NCBI GenBank assembly: GCA_033764955.1
Contig: JANRIL010000011.1
Location: 16,896-80,895 of the forward strand
Reading direction: 5' to 3'
Source of the DNA: Cyanobacteriota bacterium
GTDB lineage: Bacteria; Cyanobacteriota; Cyanobacteriia; Thermostichales; Thermostichaceae
Length of the DNA stretch: 64,000 bases
Part shown: positions 58,201 through 64,000 of the stretch, one piece after another
Numbering within the stretch: position 1 is the stretch's first letter
Layout: every line of letters begins with the position of its first letter
Notes under the pieces: model-generated
What the model saw: the letters and a program-made list of their open reading frames with translations, nothing else
Database searches by the model: none
What the model was told of the DNA's origin: nothing
Made by a program: the position numbers and the translations under genes

Positions 58201-59693
58201 GCTTCCACCAACCGCCCCAATTTCACCGCGGATAAAGAGGGAGACCCTCGATGTACTACGCCAACGCGCCAAGCCCACTCTCGCCACTGCCGCCATTCCG
58301 GTATGACGAAATCCCCAGTTCTACGATACTCATTTGGCATTGAGGGAAAAATCTGTTTCTCTAACACCTCTGGGTGCTCATAGAGATAGTCAATCGGATC
58401 CTGAGGTTGTTCCAACCAGTGACAATAGTCTCGATCTGATAGAGTTAAGCACTTTACTTGCTCTTGGAAAAGCTTTAGAGCTGCCACCGCATCTGCATCT
58501 GCCTGATGTGCTCGTTCCGAAGTCAGCAAGGCATGGCGACTGTTCCAGGGAGTTAGGATCCAAGACATTAATAAGGTGTCCCAAACAGGGATCCCGCTGG
58601 CAAAATCACTGTTTAACTGCTCCAAAATCGGCAGATCCCATGCTAGGATATTGTGTCCCACCAGCCAACCTGGGTTATCTGATGCTCCAACTTTATGCAA
58701 TAGAGTGCGGATCTCGAGTAAATGGGATTGGATCTTAATTTCTACATCTGAATTATCTTGAGAGTTTGGCTGAAAATACTCTAAATGAGTCCCGGACTCA
58801 GTTGCCCAACCCAACTGAAAGATCCTTTGCCCATCACTTTCTAAATCCACCGAAACCGCTGATATCTCAAGCCGTTTCTGAAAACATTGCTTGATATCCA
58901 GATACCCTTGTTTCATCAGCTTAATTAACTCTTGTGAGCTAGCTTGCTGAGCACAAAATGTTTCTATTCTCTTGAATGATTGATGTTCCCAAACTTCCTG
59001 TAGTTGATTATAAATCTGAAATAAATCAGAAAGTTTTAACCCTTCAAAAAACTGAATAGAGCGATTATTGAGTTGAGCGTAACTCTCTCTCAGTAACTGC
59101 TGCTTCTGATTTTCATTGATCGCAAAGAAAGGAGAATTAGCTTTAGCACCCAGATATCTGTGCCAATCAGTAAAACTGGTGAGTTTTGGCTCAAACTCTA
59201 ATAGAAAATCACGTAACTGCGGATCCTCATCCAAACTCAGTCGTCGCTGCGGGGTTTGATAATGAGATTTTTTATCTTTTGTCCAAAGATGTATGTACCA
59301 TTCAGCCTGTAAAATCTTTAGTACCTCTTTTAATGTCCATCTTTGCATGGCCTGCAATCGATTTTCAGAGTAATTCTCCAGAGAGCCTTGTATATCTTCT
59401 TCAAGGATCCAAGAGATTGCTGATTGACGTATTTTCCTATTCTGGTGATCATGTGGTGTCACTCCAATGACAAAAAGACAACGTTGCCCACTGAGATCCT
59501 GACCACCTAAAATTCTCCGATCTTGTGATCCAGCATACGTAGTGATGTGTGTAAATAGGTCGTCGGTTAGATCTGGAGCAGAAATCACGCCGCAATCTTT
59601 CTTATTCCACTTACTTAAGTGTCCCACCCGCCCATAGCGGTAATAGAGATTTTTTAGGGTGGATACGTTAGATGAGAATGATGGGTTAGTCAC
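52212..59693 (-). CDS. 2,493-aa fusion protein: unknown N-domain, DEDDh 3'-5' exonuclease, RecQ-type helicase, UvrD/Rep-type helicase
   Basis: Exonuclease motifs: VDLESDG (58830-58850), GHNILAWDLPIL (about 58622-58670), AHQADADAV (about 58480-58511). RecQ-type motifs: LPTGEGKS (56702-56727), VIDEAHC (56383-56405), QEVGRIGRN (about 55745-55786). UvrD-type motifs: AGPGAGKTH (53961-53990), LVDEFQDMN (about 53616-53660), YVAVTRAK (52621-52670). GTG start. There are 12 nt between its stop and the drmMI ATG. Confidence 0.8.
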   Translation of the reverse strand: MTNPSFSSNVSTLKNLYYRYGRVGHLSKWNKKDCGVISAPDLTDDLFTHITTYAGSQDRRILGGQDLSGQRCLFVIGVTPHDHQNRKIRQSAISWILEEDIQGSLENYSENRLQAMQRWTLKEVLKILQAEWYIHLWTKDKKSHYQTPQRRLSLDEDPQLRDFLLEFEPKLTSFTDWHRYLGAKANSPFFAINENQKQQLLRESYAQLNNRSIQFFEGLKLSDLFQIYNQLQEVWEHQSFKRIETFCAQQASSQELIKLMKQGYLDIKQCFQKRLEISAVSVDLESDGQRIFQLGWATESGTHLEYFQPNSQDNSDVEIKIQSHLLEIRTLLHKVGASDNPGWLVGHNILAWDLPILEQLNSDFASGIPVWDTLLMSWILTPWNSRHALLTSERAHQADADAVAALKLFQEQVKCLTLSDRDYCHWLEQPQDPIDYLYEHPEVLEKQIFPSMPNEYRRTGDFVIPEWRQWREWAWRVGVVHRGSPSLSAVKLGRLVEAHPERRDLRAVAVVVRQAERQQVQVVLRMIPMWLREGLDSLLYEAIDNPITAGESGDGVIGAIAYHDLPINLPIPEDIIPLYPEEGIFERIHLEPLSTEKVRQGLGSLISQTSDLAGRMLFNIPEGVDLFQWGVDKKPLHCWLEYDPLRGRQERQFPWALRLLGADLADLFEKIQQSEDVTPHNYSSQWEVILPRWKDPGGIREGLSPGSGNRLRYWDDLLLRVLSVHYQTDPDVMLLLLVDEAGEARAIEQAIATLGLTIERSGGSILRHFEKVRRRSKPLVISAIDQVDRFLDAAATLGCKVLPLIEALPLEEWWLLDQAQQENDPDLILNEAEDGYEGDGANLDEDEELQSERQGGGDRTTLLPVQISASAMTIAIERHLGPWLWTRFQFKDPSCVPIILDSRLSHLSLGQEKRILIREIPLAKLKQPERLLETLRNILGDIERRDPPTDYESYRQFLQAHWGYLDFREGTQKPAIEAIITRTQDVLVRLPTGEGKSVLFHIPALLRGAFTQRLTLVISPLRALMADQVNTLWRKGFIQSVDYLSGDRDPWQTSEVYQGIIDNRIKLLFVAPERFRIPRFREAIQRRFEFDQGFEYIVIDEAHCVSQWGFEFRPDYLFATREIRHFYRHQPNGELIPVLLFSATITEIVRKDLEQEIDANQNTYVLRPEKIRHPIQPFIQLTAENVEVTFSAQSESLSPRLGYVENIIRSADLSRSSVIIFVTRRRHAEELVKLINEREEIDCQVDYFHAGLSADLRIELYHSFLDHEIKVLVCTKAFGMGMDIAHIHWCLHLSPPNYLEDYLQEVGRIGRNKESREAASLEYVQGKLLFAPGDFDTTQSLIQLNRITVPQLRELWIEIVAEARPLIQGENPIAIIPIDEFGSFKEDALRRYLFWLEYSERLTICAYLPGLLKVELKADNLKQYSQGSDLTATVARALLSLFESNSFTISGVPVPEIDFANSDISIPEFSTALTKIDPSENQKDSRSLASSISQVIMNVAKGVLGFFFGQSLADQRSTSLPISQLTGIQTTITSSSREPIDLGTESNDERTTNDKWTTVDLSLDNLWRHSQLRQMDQVWTGILKLSQVGALKINRKIQFKKGHYHDMQEQQFKWLRKILNIVNQKAKQPRLYWDDLISDLSADLQQESMTATWSERKIKDAQKRVVRSVVKLLRDILIRFDENISDNQTIFYSYHLTPKWIEKAKLILEISQALLTILNKEPANQNEIDLTLDELLKCCPKAVKIKPLQSAIKLISNLGIYSASNEITTFSYILEILKPDQIETDREQMHPLDQKMIKTIDDLNNMALRRAQAMELYAYLPDSLRAGYIDRYFEADSLTALEKVIDSTIGEIDDDILEVNPALKQIQGRVREEAIHQAKECLNPQQKDVCEHPYNQNLLVNAGPGAGKTHVLMMRCADLIYRQGLQPHEILVLAFNRAVVYEIKKRVRDLFKQLGYGSFVRRMQVYTFHSFALKSLSDVRDRNNDLKVTLHNFALAMQTDEALRNRVSANYKAILVDEFQDMNEDFYKVILALYQGSGAGVVVIGDDDQDILLWTRKRGDRLHANQYLQDFRIDYQSDVINLLVNYRSTFDIIQRSQVLATNLIPNRVKANITLQAYRDENGIIDHQIIEDVDPKCPRLVNLAQEVMAYNCVNIEHPKSMAVLCRTNSEVFQFYNLLQNSNVKPLRIQSNNNLKLAQVREIGEWIDLCQTYLSQEPDPGLTSSIWDELLEQYRQLVLADVNYGIESIEQLRSLTFVEYESYSTLSQHLAMIQDLKTSDFTRLSQSLSNRDPGITISTIHKVKGLEFDVVYVPSSITTFPFMDKDDGDNFEGHGNNILDSAAEEARLYYVAVTRAKNELYFDWGPREKAWSKKQAFQGINQQVLRLEGSPDEVFISWPGFKEQYNDGLQDYLRTHVRINDSVVIKNRRQVLHGQRIIGYLQADLYGNDQSQIRVSNIYRYPVSVEITPEKYYKQLAPEIKTQGWHYTVLLAGQL

Positions 59694-59751
59694 GACAGAA
59701 ATATACCAATGAGATCAAATGAGTGATTTTTACTTCAGCAAAATACATATG

Positions 59752-62700
59752 CTAATTAGAGATCGGCCAGAGATAAATTAACCCTACTGGTTCCACTCGT
59801 TCCGCCTTCACCCTATAAGTTTTCTGAATCCGATCTGGTTCTGTTTGGATCTCTTGCTCTAACTGGCTGAGGCGGATTTCCCAGTGACGGTGATCGGCGT
59901 TAATTTGTCGCAATTCATCCGCATTGAATAACCCCAGTTGGATCGTCTCAAATTTGCTCTTTTCTTTGAGGATCCGATCTCGTTGCTCTTGTAAAAGTTC
60001 TTTCATTTCCTTGGCTTCAGACTCTCCTCGCTGGTTGAGTTTACGCTGAGCGCGTTCACTCAGTTCCTTGGCCCGCCGCTCCAAATGAGGGATCAGATCC
60101 TGGACGTCTTGGGGGGCAACCCCTTTGAGCTTCTCCAGCACTGGGGGTGGCACTTCCCGTAGGCGAGGGCTGGCGAGGGAATCCTCTAAAATCTGCAAAA
60201 CATCCTTCTTTTCGCCCTCAGTAACAGGTCTTAAACGGCCCCGACCTCTGGCCTCAGGATCCACCCATTCAGCGGCCACAGTGATGATTTCATCATGCAA
60301 ACGAGCTGCCCGTTCCCCGTACAGCGATAACCGTCCCAAGATCACCACTCGAGGAATGGGATCCTCACTGCGACAGACACAGGCGCGGCTGAGTTCGTGG
60401 TGCAAAAATCCCTGGGAGAGGAACCGTCCCAATAGCCGTTGCACAATGCGGTGCTCTAAATGCAGATGCACCACCTCACCATCCAGGGATCCTGGATCTT
60501 TGAAGACTACCGGACGAATGGGGGCTTCTTTCCGCCAGTCCCAGAGTTTCTGGGTCTTCTGGCGTGGTTGCCTTAGACTGTCAAGAGTCATCGCCCAGGT
60601 GGGATCCGCACCGGCTTCTTGATCGAGAGCAGGCAACAGCCAACGGGAACGTTCATTGTCACCGATGGCTTCCTGGGCAGAGAGAGGCTTGAGGGGTTGG
60701 GATCCGAGTAGCTCCAATGAAACGGACAGAGCCTCTCGAAAATGGCGATCATCCAATCCTAACCATTGCTGCGAGTCACGAAGCATGGTTTCCAACTCCA
60801 CCTGTTGCTGTCGGAGTTTGTCCTGGCGAAGGCGAATGGCTTCCAGTTCTTCCCGAATTGCGCCGCGCCGCTCATCATCGTTGTCTTTGTCGGCCTGGTT
60901 TATAGCGGAGCTGAGACTATCAACCTCGGTTACTCGGATCCCTCGCTCCAACAACTTGGTGACGTTCTTCTCCACCACCGGGGAGAGGCTACCCAATTCT
61001 TCCTGGATCCGTTGGGTCTTTTGCACCAGCACATCCATCACCCTGTCTTCAGGGCGCTGGGGTAAGACGAAGTAATAGCAACGGACTTCAGTCTGTCGCT
61101 GGAGTTTGCGGTCAATCCGCCCATTGCGCTGTTCCATGCGGCTGGGGTTCCAGGGCACATCAAAGTGAAACAGATCTGCACAGTGATTTTGTAGGTTTAC
61201 CCCCTCACGGGCAGCGTCGGTGGCAATGAGAATCCGCAAGGGATGTTTGTGGGGATCCATGTTGAAGGCTTCTTTGATTAAGCGGCGATCCTCTTTACTC
61301 ATCCCGCCATGAAATGTACCAATCCGGTCATAATCACGGTCGGATCCGGCAATCAAAGAGCTTAACTGTTGTTCCAAATAGCGCTTGGTATCAGCGTATT
61401 CGGTGAAAATTAGTACCCGTGTAGGCATCCATGCTGCTCCTGGGGATCCCATCTTGGGGCAGAGGTTTTGACGGATCCAGTCGCCTAATTTTTTGACTTT
61501 GCTATCAGGTTGGTGGCGGCTTCGCTCAGCAATCTGGGTCATCTCTTCTAACAGTTCAAGTTCTTTTGAGGTGATGCCCTCGGTTCCGGAGCGGCTGGCC
61601 TTTTCCATCTGAGCCGTTTCTTCTGCAAAGACTTCCAGTTCATCAAGATCGGCTCGCTCGTCATCGGAGCCTGGAGATTCCCATAACAGGGGATAGGATT
61701 GCTGGGTTTCCGGGACTACTTTTTCTAACTGCTTTTGGATCCCGCGTCGGTGAACCCTCAAAGTGCAAGCAAACGCTTCGATAGAGGACATTAGCCGCTT
61801 TTGCAAAGAGGTGATCACCAACATGGACGTCGTTAGGGTGGAGCGGGGAGCTGATTTCAGCCGTTCCTCTCGGCAGGTTCTATACTCCTGCAGCAGTTGA
61901 GCCAGCGTTAACTCTGGGACATCATCCGGCAATCCATCAATCACTACGGGTACGACATGACGCAATGGAAAATCAGCGTTATTAATTTCTCGTAGATCCT
62001 GCTTAAGACGACGAACCATCACCGCATCCAGCAGTTTCTTGCTCCGTACAGGCACCCCTCGACAAAATCGCTGCGGATCCAAAATTTCTAAAAGCGCCGC
62101 AAAGCTATTGGAGTGTCCGTTGTGAGGGGTGGCAGACAAGAAGAGCCGATGTTCAAAGCGAGGAGCCAATTCCCGCACTGTGCGAGTGAGTTGGGAGTCA
62201 ATGGCATAGCGGGTTCCACTGGCGGGGGCAGCATTGTGAGCTTCGTCGAGGATGAGTAGGGATCCTGGGGCAAAGTCCTGCATCCAGTCTCGTAAGGGTG
62301 CAGCGTAGGTTTCATCCCGCAATAGTGCGTGGGAGATGATAAATCGATTGTGGGTTTTCCATGGGTTCATGCCGTAGCCCCTTTCTCGACGCTTGGCCGC
62401 CACAAAATCTCGGTCATAAACAATGAAGGTGAGCCCAAAGCGGCTCTCCATCTCATCTTTCCACTGATCCACCACTGAGGGTGGGCAAGAGATCACGACC
62501 CGCTTCACCTTCTGCCGCATCAGCATCTCTCGCAGGATCAGTCCAGCCTCTATGGTTTTGCCTAAGCCCACATCATCAGCGATGAACAGATTTACCCTTG
62601 GCATTTTCAAGGCTTTACGAAGGGGTTCTAGCTGGTAAGCTTTGACCTCAATCCCAGCTCGGTAAGGAGCTTGAAAAAGTTTGGGTTCAGTGGAAGTGAC

Positions 62701-62973
62701 ACAGTTCCACCTCAGAGCGTGCAGAAATGCAGAAAATTGGCGAGGTTGATCAAAGCCCCGTTGAGTGACCTGTTCCCAGGAAGAGGTGGCCAAGATCTGG
62801 GCATCAATTTCCCTTTGCCAGAATACATTTAGAGGCTCACCCTGAGCATCGTCTTCCAAACAAGCCAGCCTCACCTGGGTATCCCCTGTGGGGGATGGGA
62901 TAACCTCCTCAACGAGATATTGACGGGAGCGGATTCTAACTATCTGACCCAGTTCTGGAGAGATTGAGTGCAC
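59752..62973 (-). CDS. drmD: SNF2-family helicase, DISARM DrmD-like
   Basis: DDVGLGKTIEAG (about 62548-62583), LILDEAHNAA, ILIATDAAREGVNLQ, DVPWNPSRMEQRNGRIDR. GTG start. Confidence 0.8.
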   Translation of the reverse strand: MHSISPELGQIVRIRSRQYLVEEVIPSPTGDTQVRLACLEDDAQGEPLNVFWQREIDAQILATSSWEQVTQRGFDQPRQFSAFLHALRWNCVTSTEPKLFQAPYRAGIEVKAYQLEPLRKALKMPRVNLFIADDVGLGKTIEAGLILREMLMRQKVKRVVISCPPSVVDQWKDEMESRFGLTFIVYDRDFVAAKRRERGYGMNPWKTHNRFIISHALLRDETYAAPLRDWMQDFAPGSLLILDEAHNAAPASGTRYAIDSQLTRTVRELAPRFEHRLFLSATPHNGHSNSFAALLEILDPQRFCRGVPVRSKKLLDAVMVRRLKQDLREINNADFPLRHVVPVVIDGLPDDVPELTLAQLLQEYRTCREERLKSAPRSTLTTSMLVITSLQKRLMSSIEAFACTLRVHRRGIQKQLEKVVPETQQSYPLLWESPGSDDERADLDELEVFAEETAQMEKASRSGTEGITSKELELLEEMTQIAERSRHQPDSKVKKLGDWIRQNLCPKMGSPGAAWMPTRVLIFTEYADTKRYLEQQLSSLIAGSDRDYDRIGTFHGGMSKEDRRLIKEAFNMDPHKHPLRILIATDAAREGVNLQNHCADLFHFDVPWNPSRMEQRNGRIDRKLQRQTEVRCYYFVLPQRPEDRVMDVLVQKTQRIQEELGSLSPVVEKNVTKLLERGIRVTEVDSLSSAINQADKDNDDERRGAIREELEAIRLRQDKLRQQQVELETMLRDSQQWLGLDDRHFREALSVSLELLGSQPLKPLSAQEAIGDNERSRWLLPALDQEAGADPTWAMTLDSLRQPRQKTQKLWDWRKEAPIRPVVFKDPGSLDGEVVHLHLEHRIVQRLLGRFLSQGFLHHELSRACVCRSEDPIPRVVILGRLSLYGERAARLHDEIITVAAEWVDPEARGRGRLRPVTEGEKKDVLQILEDSLASPRLREVPPPVLEKLKGVAPQDVQDLIPHLERRAKELSERAQRKLNQRGESEAKEMKELLQEQRDRILKEKSKFETIQLGLFNADELRQINADHRHWEIRLSQLEQEIQTEPDRIQKTYRVKAERVEPVGLIYLWPISN

Positions 62974-63219
62974 TGATTCTTCTCAGGTTTTGCTTACAAC
63001 GGTAGCAAAAGCTTTACGGGCTCTGATCACGACATGCAAGCAAGAATGATGAATGATGAGGCATTAGGGAGAGAATTGACACACCGACTGCAATTACTCG
63101 GCCTTGCTTTGGATCTGTTCCTCGCACTCCGGAGCAATCCTATCCAGTCTTTATGGTTGTCAGGCTGAAAGTTCCACTGTCAATAGTTTGTTTGGGGTGA
63201 GTCGGCTTGGATCTTGCCT

Positions 63220-63423
63220 CTATTCATAAGCAGGTTTCAGTTCCCAGGAATCTTCGATGGTGGTGGTTTCCTTTCCCCGTCGCCACTTGACTTTGTAACG
63301 ACCCGTGCGGGTAATGCCAATGACTTCCCCAATAGGGTAGATAGGCCAGCCACAAGGATCTTTGGGAAAGCGGCGGGTGAGGGTGTTGCGGTAACTTACA
63401 CGGTCGCCAATCTGGAATTCCAT
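63220..63423 (-). CDS. small hypothetical protein (67 aa)
   Basis: ORF MEFQIGDRVSYRN...GRYKVKWRRGKETTTIEDSWELKP. Possibly a small beta-barrel, but the family is unknown. Confidence 0.35.
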   Translation of the reverse strand: MEFQIGDRVSYRNTLTRRFPKDPCGWPIYPIGEVIGITRTGRYKVKWRRGKETTTIEDSWELKPAYE

Positions 63424-63462
63424 ACTGAGATCTCCACTCAATTCACCCAAGCCGTAGGACAG

Positions 63463-63660
63463 TTATCGCCAGCCATATCCAGGCTTGGGACGAGTGTAAT
63501 AGTCAGGGTGAACCGCACGGTCAGCCGCATCTTTTACGTCGTCATGGGCATAAGGGATCCCTCGTTGCAGGCATTCGTCCTTGAGGAGATCAATGAGTTC
63601 AGATAGGTCGATATCGGGGTTGGCTTTCTCAAGTTGACGGGCTAAGGTTCTAAGTTTCAT
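63463..63660 (-). CDS. small hypothetical protein (65 aa)
   Basis: ORF from the ATG at 63660 (MKLRTLARQLEKANPDIDLSELIDLLKDE...). Family unknown. Confidence 0.35.
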   Translation of the reverse strand: MKLRTLARQLEKANPDIDLSELIDLLKDECLQRGIPYAHDDVKDAADRAVHPDYYTRPKPGYGWR

Positions 63661-63759
63661 GGTGGGTGGGGTGTCGGGGTGGAGCCTGGTACACTCCTTC
63701 ACCAGGCGGTAGGGCGACAAAGAATAGGGATCCCCATCGGTTAGGGATCCCTAATCAAT

Positions 63760-64000
63760 CTATGCAGGTAGTTCCAACGGCTGAGCTTCTGCATCTTTGA
63801 GATGCCGGACATCTGCTAGGCGGGAAGCATAGAGATCCTGCTCACTGGCGAAGGCTTGCAGTTCTGTCACACGTTTCTTGTTCGACTCTTTCCACTCAAA
63901 CTCGACGGCGTAGTAGACTCCCAGATCACCGGAGCGCTTGGACATCTTGGCGGTGGTCACCCCTTGCCCGACAGCTTTGCTCTGGGATGCCAGATCGAGC
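63760..64000 (-). CDS. hypothetical protein, C-terminal part (frame open to the window edge)
   Basis: The frame stays open upstream of the GVTTAKMSKRSG... segment through base 64000. No family recognised. Confidence 0.35.
   Translation of the reverse strand, partial: LDLASQSKAVGQGVTTAKMSKRSGDLGVYYAVEFEWKESNKKRVTELQAFASEQDLYASRLADVRHLKDAEAQPLELPA

Noticed and set aside
60125-61075. Several 60-165-aa + strand ORFs opposite drmD
   Set aside because: These are Ser/Arg-rich antisense translations of a gene with complete SNF2 motifs. There is no independent support.
1-64000. CRISPR array, rRNA genes, intact tRNA genes, transposases, integrases
   Set aside because: I looked for regularly spaced direct repeats and for the usual protein signatures and found none. 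The abundant GGATCC palindromes are dispersed singly, not in repeat-spacer arrays. The only tRNA-like sequence is the truncated tRNA-Phe.

Overview
All calls come from reading the ORF translations and the DNA by eye; no searches were run. The window is a cyanobacterial chromosome segment. Signature genes include rpaB, a CRR6-like and a CCB-like gene, a desC pair, queG, recO and argB. The DNA is saturated with a HIP-like palindrome, GGGATCCC (core GGATCC). Bases 1-36.7 kb are ordinary core genome. Bases 36.9-39.3 kb are a decayed accessory patch: an AT-rich orphan gene, a stop-interrupted remnant resembling a dnd-associated methyltransferase, and an M15-like gene. At 39.34-39.43 kb a 46-nt 3' fragment of tRNA-Phe(GAA), still followed by a terminator hairpin, marks the junction of a genomic island that runs past the right window edge. 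The island is dominated by one ~23-kb minus-strand operon (39850-62973) that reads as class-1 DISARM (drmD, drmMI, drmA, drmB, drmC). It departs from the canonical layout in four ways. (i) A 2,493-aa ORF fusing a DEDDh exonuclease, a RecQ-type helicase and a UvrD-type helicase sits between drmD and drmMI. (ii) The drmMI adenine methyltransferase is cut into a 933-aa catalytic ORF and a 390-aa C-terminal ORF by an inserted PIN/antitoxin cassette. (iii) Two more toxin-antitoxin modules, one degraded, lie between drmMI and drmA. (iv) Two ~3-4 kb blocks inside the operon completely lack the host GGATCC motif, which points to mosaic replacement. The 2,493-aa fusion protein and the split methyltransferase are the best candidates for new biology. 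No rRNA, CRISPR array, transposase or integrase was seen.
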